A DNA stretch of 64,000 nucleotides, from IMG/VR virus record IMGVR_UViG_3300032069_000010, positions 749 through 64,748 of that record; one strand, 5' to 3'. The first letter of the stretch is position 1. The number at the start of each line of letters is the position of its first letter. Both the position numbers and the translations under genes were made by a program. Shown piece after piece: positions 1 through 9,691 of the stretch. The notes under the pieces were generated by a model, which made no database searches, was not told where the DNA came from, and saw nothing but the letters and a program-made list of their open reading frames with translations. The stretch comes from a virus (lineage: Duplodnaviria > Caudoviricetes).

Positions 1-88
1 TCAAAACAATCTTCATAAAATTTCGGGCAGGATACCCCATCTGCTTGCAGTGGGGAGGAATGCCCGTGCTCTCCTTCCAAATAGATTC

Positions 89-117
89 TTGACAATCTCA
101 AACATTTGAGTTATACT
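89..117 (+). promoter_or_regulatory. sigma70 promoter of tnpB (probably leaderless mRNA)
   Basis: TTGACA-17nt-TATACT ends 6 nt before the ATG at 124, with no SD. The spacer contains palindrome CTCAAA-CA-TTTGAG. Confidence 0.7.
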
Positions 118-123
118 TAAACT

Positions 124-1239
124 ATGAAGTTGACTCTTCAAATCAAACTTCTCCCGACCAAAGAACAGATACTCTCTCTTTTGGCTACCCTGAAGGCTTC
201 CAATCTTGCCTGCAATAAGATTTCTGGGGTTGCATGGGAGAAAAGAGAATTCAATCAATTCAGACTTCACCATCTTGTTTACCGACAAATTAAGGATTCT
301 TTGAATCTTTCCGCTCAAATGGTTGTTCGGTGTATTTCCAAGGTCGTGGATGCTTATAAACGGGACAAGAAAGCGAAGCGAATTTTTAAGCCATTGGGAG
401 CAATTACTTATGACATCCGTATTCTTTCCTACAAAGAGAACTCTGTCTCGATCTGGTCGGTTGATGGAAGACTGAAGGTCCCTTTCGTTTGCCATAACTC
501 CAAATATTTTCCTTACATTAAGGGAGAAGCCGATCTCGTTCATGAAAAAGGGAAGTTCTATCTTTTTCAGACTGTGGAGGTCCCCGAAGAAGATATCAAA
601 GAAATTGAGGAATTTATCGGGGTTGATTTTGGAATCGTGAATCTTGCAACCACTTCTGATGGGGAATTTTTTTCGGGAGAAATGGTTGATACTGTCCGCA
701 AGAAAATGACCAAGATCAAAAAAGCCTTGCAGAAAAGAGGCTCCAAATCTGCGAAGAGACATCTTAAGAAACTTTCTGGGAAGGAGAGACGGTTTAAGAA
801 GCACACCAACCACACCATTGCGAAAAAGATTGTTCAAATTGCCAAAGACACCAACAAGGGTATTGCCCTTGAAAACCTGAAAGGGTTTAAGGTCTCGGTT
901 CGGAAATCGCAAAGAGAACAATTTGGTAAATGGAGTTTTGATGAACTTAGAAAGTTTATAGATTACAAGGCACAACTGGCAGGAGTCCCTGTGGCTTTCG
1001 TTAATCCGAGAAACACCTCCAAGATGTGTTCTGAATGTGGTCATATTTCCCGTGGCAACCGAAAGTCTCAATCCGAGTTTGTCTGCCAATGTTGTGGTTT
1101 TTCTTGCCATGTCGACCTCAATGGCGCCATCAATATCGCTTCAATCGCTGCCATAAACCGGCGAATCGCAGTCCACTCTGAATCTGTCAAGTCTCTTTCT
1201 CTTGGAACTGCAATGCCCCACAGTTCTACTGTGGGGTAG
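124..1239 (+). CDS. tnpB: RNA-guided endonuclease TnpB
   Basis: RuvC motifs GVDFG, IALENL, HVDLNGAINI; zinc finger CSECG..CQCCG; NPRNTSKMC motif. Confidence 0.95.
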   Translation: MKLTLQIKLLPTKEQILSLLATLKASNLACNKISGVAWEKREFNQFRLHHLVYRQIKDSLNLSAQMVVRCISKVVDAYKRDKKAKRIFKPLGAITYDIRILSYKENSVSIWSVDGRLKVPFVCHNSKYFPYIKGEADLVHEKGKFYLFQTVEVPEEDIKEIEEFIGVDFGIVNLATTSDGEFFSGEMVDTVRKKMTKIKKALQKRGSKSAKRHLKKLSGKERRFKKHTNHTIAKKIVQIAKDTNKGIALENLKGFKVSVRKSQREQFGKWSFDELRKFIDYKAQLAGVPVAFVNPRNTSKMCSECGHISRGNRKSQSEFVCQCCGFSCHVDLNGAINIASIAAINRRIAVHSESVKSLSLGTAMPHSSTVG

Positions 1240-1244
1240 TTTAC

Positions 1245-1466
1245 CTATTCCTCTCCCTTCAAGAATTGTTCCGCTCCGTCCCGATCGTGGAACAAAACTT
1301 CGTTACACTCAGGACATTCAAAGTCATCATCATCGTAATCCGGGACATCCCCTTCAACAAGGACCTGAGCGTCTCCGGCTCCATCAAGCTCAAATCTCGC
1401 TCTTTGCTCAATCATGGAAAACAGCCTCAGATGGTCTATTTCAACTCCGCATTTTGGACACTTCAT
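1245..1466 (-). CDS. small zinc-ribbon protein
   Basis: CPKC and CPEC pairs; GGAGG RBS before MKCPKC. Confidence 0.65.
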   Translation of the reverse strand: MKCPKCGVEIDHLRLFSMIEQRARFELDGAGDAQVLVEGDVPDYDDDDFECPECNEVLFHDRDGAEQFLKGEE

Positions 1467-1716
1467 CGTTCCCTCCTTTTTGATTGACTTCTTCACCTTT
1501 CTTGTCCTTCTTTTCCAACCTTTCCAGATTCACTATCTCAACAAAGAGATAAGCCCACCCCAGCAAACCTATAACTAATCCAAAAAACATGGCCCCCAAA
1601 CTGCCGGCCCTCTGATGGGCAGTTGTCAATTCACCTTCTGCCGGCACGGAGATCAAAGCCAAAAGAAACAATCCGAACATGACGCACATAGAAGCTATCA
1701 AACGTTTAGGATTCAT
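1441..1716 (-). CDS. small two-TM membrane protein
   Basis: Two hydrophobic stretches; GGAGG RBS. Confidence 0.55.
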   Translation of the reverse strand: MNPKRLIASMCVMFGLFLLALISVPAEGELTTAHQRAGSLGAMFFGLVIGLLGWAYLFVEIVNLERLEKKDKKGEEVNQKGGNDEVSKMRS

Positions 1717-1738
1717 TCTTTTCCCTCCGCATCATCCC

Positions 1739-2746
1739 CTACTGGATTGAGAATAACTCTCCACTCTTTAGGTCGAGGCCTACGATTTCTATTTTCAACA
1801 CATCCGTCTCCGTTATCGTTTCGGTTGTCTCATCACTCTCCACCGACTTCCTCTTCTCCTTCCTTACCGTTCCTTTAATCAGAAGGCGTTTACCATTCTT
1901 CTCGATCAACCCATCTGTCATCCCCGATGCTACAAGAATCGCCAAATGCCCTTTTCTTAACGGTGCGGCGGGCCGAATCCTCATGTTGCCATTCCTCTTG
2001 GCGATCAATTCGAATATCTCCTTATCGAATCCATCTTCCTCTACTTCCTGAACCATCTCTTCGGGACTAACCTCAAGGTTTCTGAAATGGAAATACCTGT
2101 CAGGTAGGCTTGCAGACGGAACTGTATATAAAAGAGCCTCATCCGATAACTCAGGCACGTTCCCTGACCTGCTTTCCTCGAGCATGCGTTCAGTATCGCC
2201 ATCCACCACTCCTGCGCCTTTCTTCTTCCCAAAAACCACAATCTGTTTAAACGCTTCATATTCCCTCTCCGGAAACTTTCTGACCGCAACGTCAGTAAAC
2301 CACGATGCTAAATATCTCACCATGGCTCTGTTCAAACTTCTAATGGAAATAACCAGGACAAGGATGCCACCCGCCTGTAGCGACGGGGCGTTATGGGCAA
2401 TGAACTTGTTCTCAAGGCGCCCGCCCTCGTCAAAATCGTACGGGGGATTTAAGAACAGGCAGGATATGGACCCACCTCTAATGCTTACTCTTAGGCCGTC
2501 TCCCTGGATTACCTTGCTGAGCCTCGCCTTCGCCTGCTCAGCCCTGTTCTTATCCAGCTCAACCCCGAAGCTCTCCGCTTGCAAATGGTTTGCAAGCTGG
2601 TAAACCGCTTCCCCTGGACCACAGCACGGGTCATAAATCCTAACCTTCCCACCCACGCCTCTAACAAGAAAGGGCTTTATCAGTTCAACTACTATTGAGG
2701 GCGTTGGAAAATAACCGAGTTTCTGTTTCGATTCTAGGCGTGCCAT
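1739..2746 (-). CDS. DUF6094-like N6-adenine/N4-cytosine DNA methyltransferase
   Basis: GYFPTP, DPCCGPG SAM-binding motif, LFLNPPY catalytic motif. Confidence 0.85.
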   Translation of the reverse strand: MARLESKQKLGYFPTPSIVVELIKPFLVRGVGGKVRIYDPCCGPGEAVYQLANHLQAESFGVELDKNRAEQAKARLSKVIQGDGLRVSIRGGSISCLFLNPPYDFDEGGRLENKFIAHNAPSLQAGGILVLVISIRSLNRAMVRYLASWFTDVAVRKFPEREYEAFKQIVVFGKKKGAGVVDGDTERMLEESRSGNVPELSDEALLYTVPSASLPDRYFHFRNLEVSPEEMVQEVEEDGFDKEIFELIAKRNGNMRIRPAAPLRKGHLAILVASGMTDGLIEKNGKRLLIKGTVRKEKRKSVESDETTETITETDVLKIEIVGLDLKSGELFSIQ

Positions 2747-2747
2747 C

Positions 2748-2939
2748 TCACCCTCTCTCTACCGGTTTCAGCGTTCCTTCTGCTTGCGTTAGTAGCAATT
2801 CATATCCTATCATTCGTCGCCTTACTTCTTCGGCTCCCTTTCGGTAGGCCGTCACGCAAACAAGGTCCTCACCATCATAAAGGGCAAAGTTCCTATTGCT
2901 ATACTTATCGATTTTAAATCTCTCCAACAATTCTTCCAT
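2748..2939 (-). CDS. hypothetical phage protein
   Basis: AGGAG RBS; FALYDGEDLVCVTAYRKGA motif. Confidence 0.6.
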   Translation of the reverse strand: MEELLERFKIDKYSNRNFALYDGEDLVCVTAYRKGAEEVRRRMIGYELLLTQAEGTLKPVERG

Positions 2940-2965
2940 TTTTATTCTCCTCTCTTTTAATGAGG

Positions 2966-3367
2966 CTACGACAAAGCCTTTGGGCATGCTTTTGAAATTG
3001 GCTTCGGCTCAAAATTCAGGTCGCGTTCAATCCCCAACCCGAAGGGGCCTTTCACGCTCTGAAGCTCGGATAATGAAAAATACCCCCACTCGTCACATTC
3101 GTCGCCAAAGATGGAAACGTAACCGTAGAAATTCATGTCCACGACCTGTCCGCCGATCTCCCCGTTCATCTTAGATGCCTCAACCTCAATAATTTCTTCC
3201 TCTCCGCTGGCACCCTTTCTCCTAATCACGTAGTACATCTCGGTTGACCACCATGTCCCGCCACCAGACGGATTGAAAAATTTGCACACCACAATCGGGT
3301 CTTTGACATCCTCTTGACGTCCTATCTTTTTAAACTTCCCCTCAATCTCCTTATTTATCAGCTTCAT
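2966..3367 (-). CDS. DUF2958-like protein
   Basis: PIVVCKFFNPSGGGTWW, EWGYFSLSELQ, GLGIERDLNF motifs. Confidence 0.8.
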   Translation of the reverse strand: MKLINKEIEGKFKKIGRQEDVKDPIVVCKFFNPSGGGTWWSTEMYYVIRRKGASGEEEIIEVEASKMNGEIGGQVVDMNFYGYVSIFGDECDEWGYFSLSELQSVKGPFGLGIERDLNFEPKPISKACPKALS

Positions 3368-3549
3368 CTTCGTTCTCCTTTCTCCACTGTCCACGTCTCG
3401 GGATCCAGCGTGTGAGAATATTCAAAGTAGCTTTCCATCAAATCTCCCTCTCCATTTATGACCTTCGAGATAGCGTCCCCTGCGTCCTTCGCTTCAACTT
3501 GATACCCCTGGACATGAACCTCTCGCACGCTAACGATGAACCTATCCAT
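3364..3549 (-). CDS. hypothetical phage protein
   Basis: AAAGGGGGTGA RBS; coupled to neighbours. Confidence 0.6.
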   Translation of the reverse strand: MDRFIVSVREVHVQGYQVEAKDAGDAISKVINGEGDLMESYFEYSHTLDPETWTVEKGERR

Positions 3550-3553
3550 CTCA

Positions 3554-4150
3554 TCACCCCCTTTCAACCTTCAGAATCCCTTTCTTAATTGCATTTCCAA
3601 CCTTTCTTTCGATTAACTGCTCGACCCCTGGCAAATATACGAGGAATCCCTTCATCCCAAACCCAAGCAACGTCTTCATGTGGCTCCCAGTCTTATCGGA
3701 CACTAACCACACCCATTCCTTCCAACTCTCATGCATCGGAACCCTTATCCGACTATTCAAGAAATGAAAAAACACTTCCGTCTCGTTCTCACCTTCCCTA
3801 CACAGCACAACAGCAGACCCAAACGAATTATCTTCGCTGTCAGCCTTCGCCAAACTGCTATACATAACCATTGCGCATAGCCCCGATTGCAGTTTCTTGT
3901 AGATAGCGTGCATCTTCCCTTCGTTTGGCACGGTCACATACCATTCCCGCATATCCCTAACCATCTCCGCTTCTTTTGGCCCAAACCTCACTGTAACGGA
4001 ACGCTTACAGACCAAGGTGCTGAAGATGGCTTGCAGGGCAACCTTCGTTCCAACCGCTGTCATCCAGTAAATCGGATTACCACGGCTCTCTCTATCTATT
4101 ACGATGCTTTTCACGTATGCAGTTACGCTGTTATTGTCGATTGTCACCAT
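3554..4150 (-). CDS. hypothetical protein
   Basis: 198-aa ORF in tightly packed operon with RBS. Confidence 0.65.
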   Translation of the reverse strand: MVTIDNNSVTAYVKSIVIDRESRGNPIYWMTAVGTKVALQAIFSTLVCKRSVTVRFGPKEAEMVRDMREWYVTVPNEGKMHAIYKKLQSGLCAMVMYSSLAKADSEDNSFGSAVVLCREGENETEVFFHFLNSRIRVPMHESWKEWVWLVSDKTGSHMKTLLGFGMKGFLVYLPGVEQLIERKVGNAIKKGILKVERG

Positions 4151-4154
4151 CCTC

Positions 4155-4379
4155 TCACCCCTCTTGTGTCTGGTCCCTCAGTTTTCCAATCGGCTCAAGA
4201 TCATAACAAGCCCTTCTCTCGTTCACTTCTTCCAGGTCCATCTGCCTTTCAACTGTATAAAAAGAAAACCCGCACTCAAGGCATTCACCCTCAACAATGT
4301 CGTGTGGTTTCCAATCCACATACGTCTCCATCGTCGCTCCGCACTTTGTGCACGCTGCATTTCCTCTGCATCCACTCAT
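4155..4379 (-). CDS. small zinc-ribbon protein
   Basis: CTKC..CLEC; GAGGGGG RBS. Confidence 0.6.
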   Translation of the reverse strand: MSGCRGNAACTKCGATMETYVDWKPHDIVEGECLECGFSFYTVERQMDLEEVNERRACYDLEPIGKLRDQTQEG

Positions 4380-4420
4380 AATTACCCCCTCTCACGCTTA
4401 TGCGTAAATTCAAGGCAAAC

Positions 4421-4873
4421 TTAATCGGTGATATACGTGATTGCTTCGTCGATGACGCTTCTCGACTTCCAATGCTCCCCATACCACCTTCCCAAGACCT
4501 TATGACCATCATCCCCGCCGGTTGTCACCACGTAGCCATTAACGATCTTCTTTTTTCCATTCCAATGCCTAAACTCATAGGCAATCACGGAATGGTCTTC
4601 AGCATACTCAAGCTTCCTGATAAATTCCTTTACGTAGTTTGGAAATTTTCCCAAAAGCCAACCAAGGTCGTACTCCTGCAGGTGACCCTTCTCATACGTG
4701 AACCCATTACATTCAATTTCATTCCTCGGCCTGACACATCCTGATAGCTGTACGTCCCCAATCACATTCCCGCTACTGATACAATCCACCTGGCGGTTGA
4801 ACGTCTTGTTTTCGGACTCAAACTTCATGCGATTTGGCGTTACCCATTCCTTCGGTCTTGCCATCAACCTCAC
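4421..4873 (-). CDS. hypothetical phage protein
   Basis: ORF in operon; true start may be slightly downstream (MARPKEW). Confidence 0.6.
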   Translation of the reverse strand: MRLMARPKEWVTPNRMKFESENKTFNRQVDCISSGNVIGDVQLSGCVRPRNEIECNGFTYEKGHLQEYDLGWLLGKFPNYVKEFIRKLEYAEDHSVIAYEFRHWNGKKKIVNGYVVTTGGDDGHKVLGRWYGEHWKSRSVIDEAITYITD

Positions 4874-5139
4874 CCCCTTTCTGCAAATCTTTCAGCTTCT
4901 CTTCTTGTCAACTCCAAACATCCCTCATTTGAAAAAGATAGCGGTTTCGGAGCGCCTATCAAACCCCAATAATTTGCACATACAAATTTCTCGATCGTTA
5001 TCGGACAAGCCCAATCGTTCTCGCCATGCCTCATCGCATAATAGAAGTAATCCTCTCTTGGATATTTCTCGCTTCCGGGCCTGCCCTCAAACACAATGCA
5101 ATCCATGCCTCTAAACTGGACCTTCTTCCATGCCATCAC
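4870..5139 (-). CDS. LPD28-like (large polyvalent protein-associated) domain protein
   Basis: YYYAMRHGENDWACPITIEKFVCANYWGLI resembles the LPD28 pattern Y.LRH.D.DW..P.TIE..V.VN..G.I. Confidence 0.6.
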   Translation of the reverse strand: MMAWKKVQFRGMDCIVFEGRPGSEKYPREDYFYYAMRHGENDWACPITIEKFVCANYWGLIGAPKPLSFSNEGCLELTRREAERFAERG

Positions 5140-5654
5140 ACATCACCCCCTTTCTACTGTTCATAAGGCTCTCCCTCAGCAAGGGCGGAACAACTCGGAC
5201 ACAATGGTCTAAACGGATCGTCACTACTGCCAAATGGGAAATAGACTGCCAACTCAACTGGAAAATATTTCTCGCAATGATAACATTTGACACTTTTCAT
5301 CCTTCGTCCCCCCTTCCCTTCTTCTTACCTTCTTCCATCATCAACGTTATTTGCCCACAATGAGAACAAATCCACAGGACATAACCTTTAAAGCTACCTT
5401 TCCCATTCTCCTTCTTAACCTTTGACCTCATGCAATATCTCCCCCGACATTTCGTTTCCAACTTTTCCTTCATGTTGCCCTCCAGACCTGTGTTCCATAG
5501 GGGACCCGCTTACCGTTACCCCAATACTCTCTTAAATATTCCAGTAGTTCTTCCCTCGTCATCGGACCAACGGGTCCATAAGCGTACACCTGACCACGCA
5601 AATGGAAATACCATCTAAACTTTCCGGTCATAATTATTCCTCTCCTTCCGTTTA

Positions 5655-6038
5655 CTACACATCTAACACTACTCCATCAACCCTCCTCACGTATTCAATC
5701 TCTTTCACCGATTGCTTGGTGATATAGTATCCCCACCACAGCCCATCTTCTCCCTGAAACTCAAGTAGGCAGAATCCGCCATCAGCAATGACAGAGGAGA
5801 TAAATTCCGCGAGGGCATCATCGGCATAGTGCTTTGCATACCACTCGTCCATCCCAATGGACATCCATCTAAACCCATCTTTTTCGTCGCCGACAATCCA
5901 TTGATAAAAATCAAGGTATCCCTCATCATCCGTTCCCTTTGTGGCCTCAACTGCCTGGTTCCACTTTTCCATAAATTCGTCTTTGGTCATCTCAGTCTTA
6001 ACCACACCACATCTTGACATCGTAGAGTAATATCCCAT
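5655..6038 (-). CDS. hypothetical acidic phage protein
   Basis: AAAGGAGGTG RBS before MGYYS. Confidence 0.65.
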   Translation of the reverse strand: MGYYSTMSRCGVVKTEMTKDEFMEKWNQAVEATKGTDDEGYLDFYQWIVGDEKDGFRWMSIGMDEWYAKHYADDALAEFISSVIADGGFCLLEFQGEDGLWWGYYITKQSVKEIEYVRRVDGVVLDV

Positions 6039-6145
6039 CTCACACCTCCTTTCAAAATAGGGGAATAGGAATGTATTGCCCATGCACCATTCCCCGGATA
6101 CACGCAAAATACGGCGTTTAAAACTTGGCGTTTTGCTGGTTAAAG

Positions 6146-7183
6146 TTATAACTGGACAGTATCGCAGATTTGGTCAAAAGCTTTCTGCTTGAATTTAGCG
6201 GCCCCGCCGAACCAGATCGAATCAAGCTTTCTGGACAACATGGTGTCGTTCTTTCCCTTTACAGGCTGCCAGTGATCCGCAAACTCAACAGCAGCGTTCC
6301 ATGTTCCCCATGCGCTTCCCTTCACACCAGGGACCTCCGTTCCCCTCCCCGTCTGCGCAAGCTCAAAGACCTTCTCGATATACTTCTTTACGCGGGGGCC
6401 AATCTCGACGTTGATCGTATCCTCAAACCCAGACAGTGACTCATCGGCCTTTACCTTTAATGGAAATAGATTGTGGACATAGGACTTAATCTCCTGTTCG
6501 CTCATTCGGTATTCCTTTAAAGTCTTCACCACAGCATCCATCTCCCTAAAATAATCGGTTGCCATACCCAATGCTTCTCGAGCGTCGAGAACCCTATCCA
6601 TTATTCCAGACGTATGACGAACATCGAAATTCACCCTTGCGCTTTGGATGGCCACGTTCAATGTATTGGCACAAACGACTCTCACCGGGGTTGCCATCAA
6701 GACAAGCTGACGGCTTCCATCGTGGGCGTTTGATAATACAAGCCACTCTTCAATCGGATCTTCGCTCCACCCCACATGGCCCGGCAGCTTACTCATAATC
6801 CAAATGACCTTCCCGTGTCTCAGCGATCCAGCGGTCTCATAGATGGCGTCGTACGTTCCCACCACCTCATCGAAAAAGGCGAACGCGTCCTTGTTTTGCA
6901 GAGGCGTATACCTCTCACCAACAACCCCAAGCGGACGGGCATCCGTCTTTCGGACCACGGCGTAATAACCGGGGACCACCACCATCTTTTCAGATGGAAC
7001 CGAAACCCCGCCTTCGTCTACCGTCATCCCGTCCTTTGTGAAAATCTCCTTCTTCTCCACTTCCCAATCCAGCCCTGCGGCAACGATCGCCTCCGCGCTC
7101 GTCATACAATTAAGAACTTCCGTTCCCAATCCATGCCACGGACGATCCCCGTGCCAGGCCATACTTTCCACTTCGTGTGCCAT
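6146..7183 (-). CDS. DUF932 family phage/plasmid protein
   Basis: PWHGLGT, AGLDWEV, YTPLQN, ETAGSL, NAHDGS, TPVRVVCANTL motifs. Confidence 0.92.
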   Translation of the reverse strand: MAHEVESMAWHGDRPWHGLGTEVLNCMTSAEAIVAAGLDWEVEKKEIFTKDGMTVDEGGVSVPSEKMVVVPGYYAVVRKTDARPLGVVGERYTPLQNKDAFAFFDEVVGTYDAIYETAGSLRHGKVIWIMSKLPGHVGWSEDPIEEWLVLSNAHDGSRQLVLMATPVRVVCANTLNVAIQSARVNFDVRHTSGIMDRVLDAREALGMATDYFREMDAVVKTLKEYRMSEQEIKSYVHNLFPLKVKADESLSGFEDTINVEIGPRVKKYIEKVFELAQTGRGTEVPGVKGSAWGTWNAAVEFADHWQPVKGKNDTMLSRKLDSIWFGGAAKFKQKAFDQICDTVQL

Positions 7184-7273
7184 CTCTACCCATCTCCTTT
7201 CTTGCTCTTCGGATATATCTCCACCGGAGCAGTCAAAATGTTTTTCACCCTCATCGCCTTAGCTATCAACTTT

Positions 7274-7666
7274 TCACAACTCCCTTGAGAACTTCACTTT
7301 AAGACGTTGCTCTCCATCCAGGGCATCAAACCTCCTGATTAGTTCTTCGATCCCGTTGCCAGCCGTTTGCTGTAACCACCCGTTAATCTCCTCTTCTGTA
7401 ATGGACCAGCTATTACCCCACGCGGCAACAAACTCCCACTTGAACTCCATATAGAACAAGTCAGCTAACTCTACTCTGCCCCTAAATACATCTTCCAGGA
7501 TTGATAAAGCCAGATCAGCGGGGCCAGAACCACCATAACCAAAATTCATTCCCGTTGGCGAATGCCTGACGATATGCTTCAGTGGCTTCCCATCAACGGT
7601 TATCAATGTTTCAGATAGCGTCCTTTGCCCTGGGATAAGCCTACCCCCTGCATACACTTTACCCAT
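7274..7666 (-). CDS. DUF6166-like protein
   Basis: RHSPTGMNFGYGGSGPADLALSIL motif; GGAGGTG RBS before MGKVYAG. Confidence 0.8.
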   Translation of the reverse strand: MGKVYAGGRLIPGQRTLSETLITVDGKPLKHIVRHSPTGMNFGYGGSGPADLALSILEDVFRGRVELADLFYMEFKWEFVAAWGNSWSITEEEINGWLQQTAGNGIEELIRRFDALDGEQRLKVKFSREL

Positions 7667-7697
7667 GCTTCTCACCTCCCCTTCGGTTAATCTTTTT

Positions 7698-7973
7698 TTA
7701 AGACCACCCGCGACATCCATTATAATGCGAATCGGTCTTTCTTTCGGGATGGTATTCAAAAAACGGTAACCCCCAATCGGAATCGTCATCCCTTCCACAA
7801 TAGACACACACAGACCTTCTTCCTTCCAATGAAGGCTTCTCCTTCGCAATGACTGCTGCGCCCGGGTGCAGACCGATATGGACAACGCAAACTGGATTGC
7901 CCTTACCATCATACCCCTGGGCAACACAACCACACTCCATTAATGGATGGTCAGCCAACGGATTTTTGTTCAC
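7698..7973 (-). CDS. small Cys-rich hypothetical protein
   Basis: GTG start after AAAGGGGGTGA RBS; CGC, CVYC, YNGCRGW. Confidence 0.6.
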   Translation of the reverse strand: MNKNPLADHPLMECGCVAQGYDGKGNPVCVVHIGLHPGAAVIAKEKPSLEGRRSVCVYCGRDDDSDWGLPFFEYHPERKTDSHYNGCRGWS

Positions 7974-8217
7974 TTTTCTCACCCCCTTTCGGCTTAAAAT
8001 GTTTTCGATAAAAGTCAGTCTCGACGTACTCCCGAAACTCATCCTGCAGCTCCCACGAAAGATCTTCGAACTTGGCATTTGCAAAGCGGTTAAGTGCGTT
8101 TACAAAAACATCATCCTCTTGATATTCATGTCGCTCAAATAGACTCCTCATTAGGAATGAGAACCGACCAGCTAAAGACAACTCTTCCCAATCCTTTAAG
8201 ACTTCGCTGAACGTCAT
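7951..8217 (-). CDS. hypothetical protein
   Basis: AAAGGGGGT RBS; 88 aa. Confidence 0.6.
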   Translation of the reverse strand: MTFSEVLKDWEELSLAGRFSFLMRSLFERHEYQEDDVFVNALNRFANAKFEDLSWELQDEFREYVETDFYRKHFKPKGGEKSEQKSVG

Positions 8218-8566
8218 CTCTTACCCCCTTTCCTTTTCCTCGGCTTAACTACCATGCCAATCTTTCTTTCGATACCGTCCTTCTGGGAGAGAACACTGTT
8301 CAAAAGACCCTTCAGCATCTCCATCGCCTCATCAATGCTGTCGGCTTCAAAATCCTCATAGCCAAATGGCTCACTTTCAAGAAAAACTTTCACCGCCTAT
8401 TCCACCCCCTTTATTTTCTCAGGACAATGCTTCCGCTTAACCCTGCACTTCAGGCACATCTCCTGCAGGACTTCAGCCTGATACCTGCGGCCTCCCTTTT
8501 TCTTTGGGCAAAAACCAGACCCACCCTCAACAACCGCGACCGGCTTCTCTCTGTAAAGATTTACTT

Positions 8567-8782
8567 TCATCTCTCCCCTATTCGTTCGATTTCGTCCCCA
8601 CGGAAAAGTAGATTAAATTTCTTATCAGATGTTTTAATCTCTATCTCCCAATGAAAAGGTTTCATTTCTCCCCACACCCCCAAAACAACTCCTTCCTTGC
8701 CATGCCAGATGGGTGCAACCGGCTTAACCGAAAGAACCCTTACTGTATCTCCTATCCTTATCTGATTATTTGTAAGCTTCAT
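8567..8782 (-). CDS. small KOW/SH3-like protein
   Basis: IRIGDTVRV..GKEGVV pattern; AAGGAGG RBS. Confidence 0.55.
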   Translation of the reverse strand: MKLTNNQIRIGDTVRVLSVKPVAPIWHGKEGVVLGVWGEMKPFHWEIEIKTSDKKFNLLFRGDEIERIGER

Positions 8783-8957
8783 TTGCCCACCCTCCTTGGT
8801 TGCAATCAATTGCAACCTTTATGGAAAATTACCAATAATGCCCCCCAGCTCTGTGGTGGGGAACTTTAACTCTAAAATGATAAATAAAAGCCTATAAAAA
8901 GCCGATCCCCAGACCCACAGAAGCAAAAGGCAGATCACTATCAATCCCCAGTTTTGA

Positions 8958-9191
8958 TCATCCATTGTCCCCCACCTTCGGAACCACACCGCAGCCCTCG
9001 TACTTGAGGTCCGCATTCGGGTTTCCATCTCGCTCACAGATCTTTCGGCGTATCTCGTCTTCCTCAGCAGAACACTCTACGCAAAGCGTCTGCTTCGTAA
9101 AAAAGGACATTGCCCTTCCGCTATTGAGGAACTTACCGCACCTATCACAATTCTTTTGAATGAAAAAAGTGCTAATCGGCATGTCGCTCAC
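8958..9191 (-). CDS. small Cys-rich phage protein
   Basis: FFIQKNCDRCG..MSFF..LCVEC..YEGCG, a common phage small-protein pattern. Confidence 0.65.
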   Translation of the reverse strand: MSDMPISTFFIQKNCDRCGKFLNSGRAMSFFTKQTLCVECSAEEDEIRRKICERDGNPNADLKYEGCGVVPKVGDNG

Positions 9192-9194
9192 CTC

Positions 9195-9587
9195 TCATGC
9201 AGCCTTCCGTTCCCAGATCGGGGAACTCATATCGACAAGAATCTTTTTCCTGAGGCTGCCTTCCCATTCGGCAGCTAACCCAAATGACCGCAACGCTTCT
9301 AAAATTTGCATCGCAACAAATCTTGTCTGCTTACGTCCGTTCGCCCCGATGAAGCCGATTGCTACGTCGAACCGTCTCATCACCCCGCAATAATCACACG
9401 GCACGACATAACAACCGCCTGTCAGATTTTTCTCCCGCAGGAACAGGGCGGCATGGGAGCGGTCGCCAATCCGCAATGTAGCCCTGTTCAGTATCTTTTC
9501 ATGGCGCAATCTTGTGAAGACTTTGTAGGGCAGTCTCCGATTTGTTTTGATAATTGCGGTCAGCATCTGTTCATTTGTCAGCTTCAT
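9195..9587 (-). CDS. hypothetical protein
   Basis: AGGAGG RBS before MKLTNEQ. Confidence 0.6.
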   Translation of the reverse strand: MKLTNEQMLTAIIKTNRRLPYKVFTRLRHEKILNRATLRIGDRSHAALFLREKNLTGGCYVVPCDYCGVMRRFDVAIGFIGANGRKQTRFVAMQILEALRSFGLAAEWEGSLRKKILVDMSSPIWERKAA

Positions 9588-9638
9588 GTCCTCATCCTCC
9601 TGGCGTGCAATTGATTGCAACCGACTCCAAAAAACATC

Positions 9639-9668
9639 TTGACAACTTACGCAATTGTGTAATAATAA
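9639..9668 (+). promoter_or_regulatory. putative sigma70 promoter for HNH gene
   Basis: TTGACA followed 16-18 nt later by AATAAT/TAATAA. Confidence 0.45.
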
Positions 9669-9691
9669 GTCGAGCTTAACCCGCCACTCAT

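Larger units (their letters stand above)
24..1244 (+). mobile_element. IS200/IS605-family (IS1341-like, tnpB-only) insertion sequence
   Basis: Left-end hairpin CGGGCA..CCCCA..TGGGG..TGCCCG (24-66), tnpB ORF, right-end hairpin CCCCACAG-TTCTA-CTGTGGGG followed by TAGTTTAC (~1216-1244); no tnpA. Exact ends are approximate. Confidence 0.85.

Noticed and set aside
13-1110. 365-aa minus-strand ORF
   Set aside because: Antisense shadow of tnpB, with no independent motifs.
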